Virus record (IMG/VR): IMGVR_UViG_3300024346_007254
Span: 10,883 to 74,882 of that record
Source: a virus
Length of the DNA stretch: 64,000 nucleotides
Strand: one strand, 5' to 3'
In this document: piece by piece, positions 8,728-18,012 of the stretch
Layout of the letters: every line of letters starts with the position of its first letter
Numbering within the stretch: the first letter of the stretch is position 1
Notes under the pieces: model-generated
The model's input: the letters and a program-made list of their open reading frames with translations, nothing else
What the model was told of the DNA's origin: nothing
The model's database searches: none
Program-made: the position numbers and the translations under genes

Positions 8728-9423
8728 ATGAACATAGATTTTGAATACTACTATAATAATGTGCCCAGCAAGGGTCTCTGCCGTAACAATTTAATTTACA
8801 CAAGCTTAATGTCTAAAAACCAAGATGTATTTTGTCAATGGTACTATAATGATGAAAAATATCACGGGGGACAAAACGAAGTTGTTGACATTGCACTAAT
8901 GGGTGATAAATGGCGAAGAGAAATGCATTACTATTATACATTTCAAAGAACTCATAAAGAGCATGTCTTAGACATTTTAGATCTTGACTATATTACAAGA
9001 AAAGCGTATTATAAAATACAAGGTCCGGACTTTTGGGAGTTATCCAGATGTGACTCTAAAAACTTTGATAGCGTACTTCCAGACTGGCGTGATCAGATGC
9101 ACAAAATACTGTTTGACTTACGCAAAGAAAAACTATGGAAGTTTAGCTTACATCCTAGTAGCTATTTCATTGTTGACGGAAAACTAAAGACTACAAACTT
9201 TTTCTTTTGTTATAATGACAAAGAATACGGTTTTGCAGTATCGGATATACTAAGTCATATTAGTCAAGATCGAAGAAAGCACTTATATCCAACAATGGAA
9301 AAACACAATATTATTGTAGACGAAATTGCTCCATTTAAAAAGCTAAGTCTGTTAGCTTTAGATAGTTTTAGTGATTGCTACGATCAAGAGTTTATTAATA
9401 AGGCAAAACAATATTATGTATAA
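8728..9423 (+). CDS. protein-kinase-like-fold protein (degenerate catalytic loop)
   Basis: WRREM and LHPSSYFIVDGKLKTTNFF resemble kinase catalytic/Mg loops but lack Asp; paralog of 11709-12386. Confidence 0.4.
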   Translation: MNIDFEYYYNNVPSKGLCRNNLIYTSLMSKNQDVFCQWYYNDEKYHGGQNEVVDIALMGDKWRREMHYYYTFQRTHKEHVLDILDLDYITRKAYYKIQGPDFWELSRCDSKNFDSVLPDWRDQMHKILFDLRKEKLWKFSLHPSSYFIVDGKLKTTNFFFCYNDKEYGFAVSDILSHISQDRRKHLYPTMEKHNIIVDEIAPFKKLSLLALDSFSDCYDQEFINKAKQYYV

Positions 9424-10027
9424 AGTTGAGGAATACAATGATAGCTTAGATCTAAGTGATTTTTACAAACTTGCTGACGAAAAAGGATATCATAATAATT
9501 CAAGTAAAGAAATACTAGTAGATACCTTCAAGCATTATGACAGATGGGCTACGTGGTTTCTTTCGACTAACAATCAATTTGTAGGAAGTGTTAGCGCACA
9601 TAGTCTCGAAGAACTTGGCATATTAGGTGATTCCTTTAGGATGGCTGCACGAACTTGTGTGTTAGCAGATCTTACAGAACGGCCAAAGCACATGAGATCA
9701 ACAAATACTATTTTTAAACAACATCAACACTTAACAGCACAAGTATTCTATCCACTGTGCATCGAATGGGCAGGACGTGATAAAGATCTCTATATTAGCA
9801 CAAACGAAAACGAAAGCGGCAAGCAACGTGCTGTACACCGAATTTATTGTCCTACTTTGCAAGACACTGGAGTTCTCGAAGAACCGATTGAGCTCGAATT
9901 TCGATTGAGCATACAAAGCTTTTGGAAATTTAACGTTGAGACATTTTACGAGCAACTAAATCGAAATTGGTGGCCGGCTGCAAAGAAGGCAGTTGAAGAT
10001 TGTTTAGGAAAAGAAATTAAGATATGA
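9416..10027 (+). CDS. GNAT-like acyltransferase (tentative)
   Basis: WFL....FVGSVSAH...FRMAARTCVL...LYISTN strand pattern. Start at ATG 9416 overlaps the upstream stop. Confidence 0.4.
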   Translation: MYKVEEYNDSLDLSDFYKLADEKGYHNNSSKEILVDTFKHYDRWATWFLSTNNQFVGSVSAHSLEELGILGDSFRMAARTCVLADLTERPKHMRSTNTIFKQHQHLTAQVFYPLCIEWAGRDKDLYISTNENESGKQRAVHRIYCPTLQDTGVLEEPIELEFRLSIQSFWKFNVETFYEQLNRNWWPAAKKAVEDCLGKEIKI

Positions 10028-10686
10028 ATGATAAGCTAGTACTCGGAATGCCTCACTTATTAAGTAATTTTGATCTTAATTTAAATCATATTGCTAAGAT
10101 ATTTGGCGACAATCACTGGCATTATATGTCAGACCGTCCGAGCGACAGTTACATTAACAATAATAGAATTTATCAAAGCTTTTTAAGAATCGATTTTTCT
10201 ATAAAAGATAATTTCAACGAGGATGACGAATTTGATGTAAATATAGTCGGAGACTATGTTGATGACTATATCTTTCGTACTAATCACACTTTCGGCAATA
10301 ATTCTATCTCTATGTACACTATTGGTATCTATATGGAGAATGAAAAAATACAAAAGGCAAGACGCCTGGGTAAGAAGGATCAGGCGTTTTGGTTAAGTCA
10401 TAAGGCGAAAAAAAAGAACACACGTACTGTGTTAGAACCTGTAGACTTTCCAACTTACTATAATATCGATTTCAACTGTGCAAAAATACTCTATTGCGCA
10501 AACTATCTAAAATTTATATACCAATATTGTGATGTAAAAGATATTGATCCAATTATTACTCGAATTGATTATTTTGGAAATATCTCCCCAAAAGCTGTAT
10601 TGACTGTCGGTAAAAGCAACAACGATTTTGTTATACTCGAAAATGACAGACTTATAGCAAGTGTAGAATACCTACCAAAGGTTTAA
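10024..10686 (+). CDS. LnmK/Pnap_2097-like double-hotdog protein
   Basis: LGMPHL, FGDNHW and DFNCAKILYCANY match my recollection of the Pnap_2097/LnmK family motifs. Confidence 0.55.
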   Translation: MNDKLVLGMPHLLSNFDLNLNHIAKIFGDNHWHYMSDRPSDSYINNNRIYQSFLRIDFSIKDNFNEDDEFDVNIVGDYVDDYIFRTNHTFGNNSISMYTIGIYMENEKIQKARRLGKKDQAFWLSHKAKKKNTRTVLEPVDFPTYYNIDFNCAKILYCANYLKFIYQYCDVKDIDPIITRIDYFGNISPKAVLTVGKSNNDFVILENDRLIASVEYLPKV

Positions 10687-11205
10687 AAGATACTTTGGTT
10701 GTAGTCCACAATTTGATCCGGCATGCCAAAGTTTGCGACTGCTCCACATATAAGTAGAACCTTGCGGTCTATTATAAAATGCTTCATCGCCTGCAATAAA
10801 GATATGCCCAACTGCGGGCTGTCCTATGTGGCAATGATAGCGTACACAATCATCTAAGACGTCATCCTTGTCATTAACGTCCCAGTGTACTGGAGCATAA
10901 TTTCCAACGTGTATGCAGCTAATCCAAGCTGTGTGATAATTTTCAATCTCAAAAAAATCAACAAACTTCTTGATTACCAATTCGTCAAACTGTTGACCCG
11001 GAAAATACATATCCCATCCAAGTGTTCCGCCGTCTGCAATAGGTTTGTAATTTCCTTTTTCCCACAATTTAGTAACTTCGTTAACGCCATCTAGCTTGTC
11101 GCCTTTTTTGTGACGTGGTCCGACATAAGCAGGCTCAGTGTTATCTAAATCTGCAATAACTGCATCCCAATTTAAATTTGAACAATTTCCAATAAAATTA
11201 ATCAT
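10672..11205 (-). CDS. 2OG-Fe(II) oxygenase-like protein
   Basis: APVHWD ... GHIF ... WHAGSNCG; paralog of 6397-6882 and 11198-11716. Confidence 0.75.
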   Translation of the reverse strand: MINFIGNCSNLNWDAVIADLDNTEPAYVGPRHKKGDKLDGVNEVTKLWEKGNYKPIADGGTLGWDMYFPGQQFDELVIKKFVDFFEIENYHTAWISCIHVGNYAPVHWDVNDKDDVLDDCVRYHCHIGQPAVGHIFIAGDEAFYNRPQGSTYMWSSRKLWHAGSNCGLQPKYLLNLW

Positions 11206-11716
11206 TTGGTTTTCCTAAAAAATGCATCATGTAAAATGGATCAGATCCGCTGTTTGATTTAGCATGATAGCTATTCCAATTGTCCCATTTAATTATTGTT
11301 CCTTGTTCTTGATTGTAATAACATTTGTCCTCAACGAGGAACACATGTCCAAATCTAAACTTTCGTCGGTCAAGAAAACAACTCCACCTTACTAGCTCAC
11401 CATCGGCTAGCCATTCGTCGGTGCGATCATTAACGTCCCAATGCCACGGCGCAGTTTTTCCAGGCATAAGTTTACTAACCCATGCATACCGAGGGGTAGC
11501 GTTTACTTCTCTTGCAAACCAATCTACAAAAAGTTTGTCTGGATAATAATTAATCCACTCAACATTTGTTAAATCATAACCTGCTGTTTTCCAGGTATCT
11601 AGTATTTCCGTATACGGATCAGTTGGACCTGTTGCTCGTTTAAGAATGCCTGTAGCATTATTTGCAATTCCGTTAGTGCAACTTAGCATAATACTATTAC
11701 AAGCAATTTTATTCAT
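11198..11716 (-). CDS. 2OG-Fe(II) oxygenase-like protein
   Basis: APWHWD ... GHVF ... YHAKSNSG; start placed at ATG 11716. Confidence 0.75.
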   Translation of the reverse strand: MNKIACNSIMLSCTNGIANNATGILKRATGPTDPYTEILDTWKTAGYDLTNVEWINYYPDKLFVDWFAREVNATPRYAWVSKLMPGKTAPWHWDVNDRTDEWLADGELVRWSCFLDRRKFRFGHVFLVEDKCYYNQEQGTIIKWDNWNSYHAKSNSGSDPFYMMHFLGKPND

Positions 11717-12386
11717 TAAACAGTTCCTTATATACTCCAAGCAAGGAGTTGTTGCCCCAATTAGTAATTCTTAATGTATGTTTGAATAATACTTCGAGAT
11801 CTAGCATATCGTCTTTGACAAATCCAGGAATTTTTAATTTGTCTTTGTTATTCATGTTTAGGATAACGTCTAGATTCCTTTTTTCAGTAACAGGATTAGC
11901 TATTTCTGTTGTTCCGTACCAATCAAATGTTCTCATATTGTCGTTGTTGTCAACATAGTGACAGTGAGGATACATTGTTATTTTGTAATAACCAAATTTG
12001 TGCTGATCTAAAATAATAGACTTTATCTTATCGCCCCACGAGTTTGGGTGATGATTGCAGCCATAGATATGTTGATTACAACTTAGTTCGTACCATTTAA
12101 TATATACTCGTTTTTTCTTATAGTCAATCTCTATTATTTCAGGAGCATAGGGTTTGTCTTTAAAAATATTTAAATATTTTAGTTCTCTTTCAAAGAAATA
12201 ATCAGCTGCTTCTTTTGTATAATCAAGGCGCACATGATCTCGACGTTGATATTTGTTTCGCCAATCAAAGTTTAAGCAAAACGTTTTGCCATCTCGACTG
12301 ATTAACGGTTCGTAAGACTGTTGTGCCATACCTAATGTTCCATCAGGAGTATACTTAAGGTAAGGGTGCCAGTCATTAATATTCAT
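11709..12386 (-). CDS. protein-kinase-like-fold protein
   Basis: FERELKYL...APEIIEID...YIKWY and MYPHCHYVD...RTFDWYG. Confidence 0.45.
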   Translation of the reverse strand: MNINDWHPYLKYTPDGTLGMAQQSYEPLISRDGKTFCLNFDWRNKYQRRDHVRLDYTKEAADYFFERELKYLNIFKDKPYAPEIIEIDYKKKRVYIKWYELSCNQHIYGCNHHPNSWGDKIKSIILDQHKFGYYKITMYPHCHYVDNNDNMRTFDWYGTTEIANPVTEKRNLDVILNMNNKDKLKIPGFVKDDMLDLEVLFKHTLRITNWGNNSLLGVYKELFNE

Positions 12387-13029
12387 AAGAAAATTCCTTT
12401 GGTAGAAGATTCTTTAATACCGGAACATATGCCTCTTCGATATCAAACTTTACGCTTGTTTGTCCTTGTTTAAAATTTGTAATAATTCCAGATTTATTTG
12501 CAATGTTTAACCACGGGCTTAAAGTGTTGTCAAATTTAAAACGTGGATTCTTGCCACGAGCAGTTATAAGCACAGTTACAGGCGATGAAATTTTATTATT
12601 AATTAAAAGTTTTCTTACAACAAGTTGCTTTCGGTCATATTCGCCAAAATTAACTGCAGAATGGCGAGGACTTGCATCCATGTCATACCAAATTCCATCT
12701 GGTTTCAAAAAGAAATTTTGATTATTATCTAAGTTTACTAATGCTGCACAATCGCCCGAAAGGTTTAAATGATACCTGTCATCAATGTCACTGTGTGAAT
12801 AGTAGCACGAACCACTCTTAAGTGTAATGATTCTTGCTTCTCCTGTGTTAGGTGGAAGTACAGACAGCACTTCTTCTATTGCAGTACCTTTATATTCATC
12901 TAGTATAACCCAGGGATCATAAAAGAAATCGCCAGTGGGTTTATTTAATATTAATTTGTCAGAATTACCAAAAGTACTACAATCGTGTAGTAAACTTAGA
13001 TTGACTTTATGCCTAGTTTCGTGTATCAT
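12376..13029 (-). CDS. Asp/Asn beta-hydroxylase-like 2OG-Fe(II) oxygenase
   Basis: ARIITL...YSHSDIDDRYHL...RHSAVNFG..DRKQLVV. The likely start is ATG 13029, after a TATAAATA box. Confidence 0.75.
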   Translation of the reverse strand: MIHETRHKVNLSLLHDCSTFGNSDKLILNKPTGDFFYDPWVILDEYKGTAIEEVLSVLPPNTGEARIITLKSGSCYYSHSDIDDRYHLNLSGDCAALVNLDNNQNFFLKPDGIWYDMDASPRHSAVNFGEYDRKQLVVRKLLINNKISSPVTVLITARGKNPRFKFDNTLSPWLNIANKSGIITNFKQGQTSVKFDIEEAYVPVLKNLLPKEFSYEY

Positions 13030-13034
13030 GTTTA

Positions 13035-13064
13035 TATTTATATGCTCAGTTTTTAGGTTAAATA
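13035..13064. promoter_or_regulatory. back-to-back putative late promoter boxes
   Basis: Minus strand: TATAAATA (13035-13042)-5 nt-ATG 13029. Plus strand: TAAATA (13059-13064)-5 nt-ATG 13070. Confidence 0.7.
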
Positions 13065-13069
13065 AAAGT

Positions 13070-13765
13070 ATGATAGTTGACAAATTAGACATCCCACTTG
13101 ACAAAAGGTGGAGGCGCATCGGTATTAGTTTAAGTGGCGGCGCAGATAGTGCATTGCTTGCATACCTAATCTTAAAGAACACTAACGCAAGCATATTCTT
13201 TACAACACAAATACGTATGTGGAAAACTCGGCCTTGGCAGCGTTATGTTGCAAAGGATGTAGTAAGCTGGTTTAGAGAACACTTTAATAATACCATTGAA
13301 CACGTCGAAAACTTTATTCCGCCGGAATTAGAAGAGCCAACAAGCCCTCTTATTACAGACGAGTACGGCAAGCAAAAACCTGGGAATAGAATTATACTAA
13401 GGGCGCACAATGAATTTGTAGCGCATACTTACAAACTCGACGCTTGGTATGCAGGAGTTAATTTAAATCCAACAGAGAAGTTTGATGGTGCGCCGCCCGA
13501 CAGAGACCAAAGCTTCATTCCACTAAATCTTTCGCATATGGGGGTACAAGTACTGCACCCATTTGTTAACACCAGGAAAGACTGGATTATACGCCAGTAC
13601 ATAAATCTCGGAATTGGCGACTTACTTGAAATTACACGAAGTTGCGAGGGTGAATTTAAAAACTTAGACTACACCAATTACACTCCGTACCAACAAGTTC
13701 CAATTTGCAAAACATGCTTCTGGTGTAACGAAAGAGAATGGGGTGTGCATAATGCATTCAAGTAA
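13070..13765 (+). CDS. QueC-like PP-loop ATP pyrophosphatase
   Basis: ISLSGGADS PP-loop, HPF...K, and the Zn-site pattern TRSC...CKTCFWCNER. Confidence 0.75.
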   Translation: MIVDKLDIPLDKRWRRIGISLSGGADSALLAYLILKNTNASIFFTTQIRMWKTRPWQRYVAKDVVSWFREHFNNTIEHVENFIPPELEEPTSPLITDEYGKQKPGNRIILRAHNEFVAHTYKLDAWYAGVNLNPTEKFDGAPPDRDQSFIPLNLSHMGVQVLHPFVNTRKDWIIRQYINLGIGDLLEITRSCEGEFKNLDYTNYTPYQQVPICKTCFWCNEREWGVHNAFK

Positions 13766-15017
13766 AACTTTCTGTATGCATCCGTTTACAGGATTGGCTA
13801 CAAGAGAAGATGGCGCTATTAAAGTTTGCTGTCGCAGTCATTCTGTAGGCTGGATACAAAACGAAACACTCGAAGAGGCGTGGAATAATGACGCCATGCG
13901 TACTATACGACGTCAAGTGCTTAACAACGAACGCCCAGAAGCTTGCATTCCATGTTTTAATTTAGAAGACCAGGGTGTAGAGAGTTTGCGACAAAGACAC
14001 ATACGCGATAGTTTTCCTGATTCGCGGATCAATTTATATCCAAATGCACTTGACAGTTTAAACGATGATTACAGTATGCCGTTTGAAATGCCTACTATTG
14101 AGATTAAAATAAACAATCTGTGTAATCTAAAATGTCGTATGTGTAATCCTCTAGATAGTACACAATGGAAGGACTGGCTCGAAGTTGAAGAGTTTTACAA
14201 AGCAGAGGACAACTACTTAGTTGATGCTGTGCGCAACTTAGGATTAACAAAAGCACCGTATGTAGGATTGTTTGAAGGACGTGATGACTTTTGGGAGAAC
14301 CTAGAAAAGCTATTGCCATATTTTAGACGTGTAGAGTTTGCAGGCGGCGAGCCATTAATGGATCCTAATCATTACAAAATATTAGACCTGCTTGCTAAGA
14401 ACGGTGAAAATATAGAACTAAAATATGCAACAAACGGAACAGTAACAGGAATTAAGGGCGGACGCACCATTCACGACTATTGGCCGAAGTTTAAGAGCAT
14501 AGTTGTTAATGTAAGCATTGACGGGTTACACGATGTTTATGAATATATTAGAGGCAACGGTAAGTTTGAGGACGTAGAAAAAAATGTTAAAGTATTTAAA
14601 AGTTTTCCAAACGTAAAATACGTAGTCGGTGCGTGTACTGTGCAAGTCGGAAACATAATGCAATTACATGAAATTATTCCATACTTTTTAAATACAATGG
14701 GTATTGTGTTTTATAGTCATCGTGTAAACTATCCTAATGTTCTTAGCGCACAATGCATTCCAGCAAAGTTAAAACTCAAAGCAATCCGAAGCCTCGAAAT
14801 GCTTAAAGCAGAGGTAGGCGATTATCCTATAATGAATACACACAAAGATCTACTTCCAACAACATTGCGCGGCATTGAAGATAACATTAACTTTTTAGAA
14901 AGTAGAGATCTTAGCGATAAATGGGCTGACACTCTCAAGTTCAACCAGCGTCTTGATAAAACTCGTAACCAAGGGCCGATGGAAAATATTATAAAGGATT
15001 TCAGACCTTATGTATAA
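13752..15017 (+). CDS. radical SAM protein with N-terminal twitch-like domain
   Basis: FCMHPF...KVCC...CIPC followed by CNLKCRMC, FAGGEP, TNGT and SIDG. Confidence 0.92.
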   Translation: MHSSKTFCMHPFTGLATREDGAIKVCCRSHSVGWIQNETLEEAWNNDAMRTIRRQVLNNERPEACIPCFNLEDQGVESLRQRHIRDSFPDSRINLYPNALDSLNDDYSMPFEMPTIEIKINNLCNLKCRMCNPLDSTQWKDWLEVEEFYKAEDNYLVDAVRNLGLTKAPYVGLFEGRDDFWENLEKLLPYFRRVEFAGGEPLMDPNHYKILDLLAKNGENIELKYATNGTVTGIKGGRTIHDYWPKFKSIVVNVSIDGLHDVYEYIRGNGKFEDVEKNVKVFKSFPNVKYVVGACTVQVGNIMQLHEIIPYFLNTMGIVFYSHRVNYPNVLSAQCIPAKLKLKAIRSLEMLKAEVGDYPIMNTHKDLLPTTLRGIEDNINFLESRDLSDKWADTLKFNQRLDKTRNQGPMENIIKDFRPYV

Positions 15018-15915
15018 AGTCGAAAATCGATGGCCGCATTATTACGATAGCTGTAAGATAGAATGGAATCTTGGGAAGCGTTGCAATCTTGATTGTACGT
15101 ATTGCCCGTCCGAAATCCATGACTATACTAGTCCTCACACAGATATTAATATTTTAAAGAAAACAATTGATGTTATTAGCACAATTCCAAATGCTAGGGT
15201 TAGTTTAACCGGCGGTGAGCCATGTGTACATCCTAAAATCTTAGAGTTGCTTTATTACCTTAGAAAAAAAGTCGGATGGATTAATTTAACAACTAATGCT
15301 ACTCGGAGTCATGAATTTTATTTAGAATTACCAGTTGACCATATTGTTTTTAGTTTGCACTTTGAACATCCAAAATGGGAAACTCGATTAAACAACATTA
15401 TTAAATTTGTTAGAGATAACAGAAATTCAACAGATGCGCCAAACATAAAATACCACATAAACATTATGGCGCATCACGATTACATGAGTCGTGCTAGGAA
15501 TGCAGTCGAAACCCTTAGTTTCTTTAAAGCAAATTATACAGTGCGCAGAATACGCTGGACTGAAAAGCATGACTGGTTTGATGATTTAAAATACAAGCCA
15601 GAAGATTTACAATGGCTAATTGATACAGAAACTACCGCTGATTTTAATACATTAATCGATAGCAGAACTTTAACTCATACAAACGATTTACTTAAAGAAA
15701 ACAAAAATAAGTTCGAAGGGTGGTCTTGTCGTGCAGGTATAGAAAGCCTAATGATAAATTGGGACGGCGATGTTCATCGTGCTACTTGCAGAGTAGGCGG
15801 CAGTTTAGGGAATATATACAACGGAACATTTGACATTCCAACAGAACCGATTACATGCACCAGAAAATGGTGTACATGTGCAGCAGATGTGAATATTACA
15901 AAATGGAAAAAGTAA
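15010..15915 (+). CDS. radical SAM protein with C-terminal Cys-rich domain
   Basis: RCNLDCTYC, TGGEP, and WSCRAG...ATC...CTRKWCTC. Confidence 0.92.
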   Translation: MYKVENRWPHYYDSCKIEWNLGKRCNLDCTYCPSEIHDYTSPHTDINILKKTIDVISTIPNARVSLTGGEPCVHPKILELLYYLRKKVGWINLTTNATRSHEFYLELPVDHIVFSLHFEHPKWETRLNNIIKFVRDNRNSTDAPNIKYHINIMAHHDYMSRARNAVETLSFFKANYTVRRIRWTEKHDWFDDLKYKPEDLQWLIDTETTADFNTLIDSRTLTHTNDLLKENKNKFEGWSCRAGIESLMINWDGDVHRATCRVGGSLGNIYNGTFDIPTEPITCTRKWCTCAADVNITKWKK

Positions 15916-16979
15916 CAGCAATTGACTTAGTAAAGCCCGAACCATTTATGGTTACGTGGGACATTGGCAGGCGTTGCAACTTTGATTGTACGTATTGTGA
16001 AAGTACTCGACACAATACCTACAGTCCACCGACTGTTTATAGAGAGCTAGTGGATACATTTGATTTTATTAAAACGTACACTGAGCTATATAATAGAGAT
16101 TCAGTTAACCTTAACTTTACAGGTGGCGAGCCAACAGTGAATCCAAACTTTTGGAATTTAGTTAACCATATAAAAAACCATACTAACTTCGGAGTTGGAC
16201 TAACTACAAACGGAACGTGGGATCCTAAGCGTACTGATTTTATTTTAGAGAACATGAACGGAGTTACAATTAGCTGGCATGCCGAAGCACATGAGCAATT
16301 ACGCGAGCGAGCAATAGATAACGCCATAGCACTGCACACAAGCGGGCTGTGGGCTACGGTCAATGTAATGATGCATGCCGACCACTGGGATACTGCGGTA
16401 GACGCCTACAACCGCTTAAAAGCTGCTGGAGTAACAGCTAATCCTGTTCCACTAGGTGACGGTAACATTGGAAATACTAACTGGTTTAAAGATACCGAAG
16501 GAGTGTTACGTCGTACTAGCCATGAATATACAAAAGAACAGATAAGTTGGTTTTGGAACGAAAAAGGCATCTCTAAAGAAGTAGGTGATCAGATATTAGC
16601 CGGTAACGAAATGGGAAGAAGTTGCTGCGGCAATAGATGCTTAAAAGGCAAGATCAATAGCTGGAAACCTGTAGAGCACGTAGACAATCATTTTAAAGAT
16701 TGGCTTTGTACTGTTAACTGGTATTTTATGCATATTGACCAACACACTAAAGATGTGTTCCATCATCAAACATGCCAGGCAACATTTAAACAGACACGTG
16801 GACCAATTGGATCTTTAAAGCGTAAAGATTTAATTTTTGATAACGTTAAAAGATACATGCAATCACCAACGCCTATTGTGTGTCCTAACATGCGCTGCGG
16901 GTGCGGAATGTGTGTTCCTAAAGCAAAAGATCAAATCGATTTTGATCCTATGTGGAAGTTAGTGACTGGTAATCAGTAA
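15903..16979 (+). CDS. radical SAM protein with C-terminal Cys-rich domain
   Basis: RCNFDCTYC, TGGEP, TTNG, and WLC...QTC...CPNMRCGCGMC. Confidence 0.92.
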   Translation: MEKVTAIDLVKPEPFMVTWDIGRRCNFDCTYCESTRHNTYSPPTVYRELVDTFDFIKTYTELYNRDSVNLNFTGGEPTVNPNFWNLVNHIKNHTNFGVGLTTNGTWDPKRTDFILENMNGVTISWHAEAHEQLRERAIDNAIALHTSGLWATVNVMMHADHWDTAVDAYNRLKAAGVTANPVPLGDGNIGNTNWFKDTEGVLRRTSHEYTKEQISWFWNEKGISKEVGDQILAGNEMGRSCCGNRCLKGKINSWKPVEHVDNHFKDWLCTVNWYFMHIDQHTKDVFHHQTCQATFKQTRGPIGSLKRKDLIFDNVKRYMQSPTPIVCPNMRCGCGMCVPKAKDQIDFDPMWKLVTGNQ

Positions 16980-18012
16980 AGTTATCAGTTGGACTAGCTA
17001 GTATCTTTCCACAGGTTCTACTACAAGTCCAAAGCTTCTTTGTGTTCCAGTAATATTCCCAAACACTTTGAAAGCTGTCTTTTTCTAATACCGTTTCAAT
17101 CCCTTGCAATGCATTAGTATCACCAAGTTTTTCAACAAGTTCTGCGTATTGTTTTTTAATTACTCTATTAGCTTGTGATAAGTTATCTTCTTTGCGATAA
17201 TATTCATACGGAATAACAGCAAGAAAGCAACAAGGCAATATTGTTTTGTGTGCATCAATATAAATCTCATTTGCATGTTGTGCCTGGCATGAAATATTAG
17301 AAGAATTAACTACTTCCTCAATTTTAGTTAAGTCAGTTGCATCAAAAAACTCAATGCTTGCAGCAGGGGCTTTTTCTAAGTTATATAAGACATTTTCATT
17401 TTTGTCTAGTACAGGAAATACAGGTTCAAATACAAATCTACTGCTATCCTTTACACTAAAATTTTTGAATCCTAAGTTTTGTGCAGTTTGTTTAGCTGCG
17501 TAAACTTGATGCGCATTGTGTTTAAATCTAATAAAGGACCAATCGGCATTTCCACCTGCATCAATAAATGCTTTAGCGTTGTCTAATATTTTTTGATAAT
17601 CAGTGCCGCGGCGGTAAATTGCATGGGTATCAGCAAGGCCGTCGATTGCAAAAACAACACGATGTTGTGGCGGCATAATCTTTGCTAAGTTTGCCCAATA
17701 TTCAACTGATCGAAGACTTCCGTTTGTATGCACGTCAACAAAAATATCAAAATGGTTTAATGATTCAACCATTAAATGAAAATCTTGATTAAGCAATGGG
17801 TCGCCGTAATTGCCACAAAACATTATCTTGCTTAATTGTGCTTTTAAATCATCGTTAACAATTTGATTAAATTCATTTAACGTCCAATCCGATATCTTTA
17901 AATACGGGTTGTCTATTTCGCCACGATAGTTCCTACTACACATAGGACATGCTGCTTGACATCTATTTGTTATTTCAAGATGTAAATTTTTTAATTTGGA
18001 ATATTTAAACAT
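16948..18012 (-). CDS. radical SAM protein with C-terminal SPASM/twitch domain
   Basis: RCQAACPMC, GNYGDP, TNGS, AIDG, and ISC...LPCC...CSRTC. Confidence 0.92.
   Translation of the reverse strand: MFKYSKLKNLHLEITNRCQAACPMCSRNYRGEIDNPYLKISDWTLNEFNQIVNDDLKAQLSKIMFCGNYGDPLLNQDFHLMVESLNHFDIFVDVHTNGSLRSVEYWANLAKIMPPQHRVVFAIDGLADTHAIYRRGTDYQKILDNAKAFIDAGGNADWSFIRFKHNAHQVYAAKQTAQNLGFKNFSVKDSSRFVFEPVFPVLDKNENVLYNLEKAPAASIEFFDATDLTKIEEVVNSSNISCQAQHANEIYIDAHKTILPCCFLAVIPYEYYRKEDNLSQANRVIKKQYAELVEKLGDTNALQGIETVLEKDSFQSVWEYYWNTKKLWTCSRTCGKILASPTDNFTDYQSLTST

Noticed and set aside
12935-13194. Apparent long head-to-head overlaps of divergent genes (also 22568-22604, 23910-23974 and 25723-26003)
   Set aside because: These come from longest-ORF start calls. 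Downstream starts next to TAAATA boxes or SD sequences remove the overlaps.
13070-16979. 7-deazaguanine DNA modification pathway (QueC plus a QueE-like rSAM)
   Set aside because: No FolE, QueD or DpdA is recognisable here, and the rSAMs carry extra Cys domains unlike QueE. It cannot be excluded for the rest of the genome.
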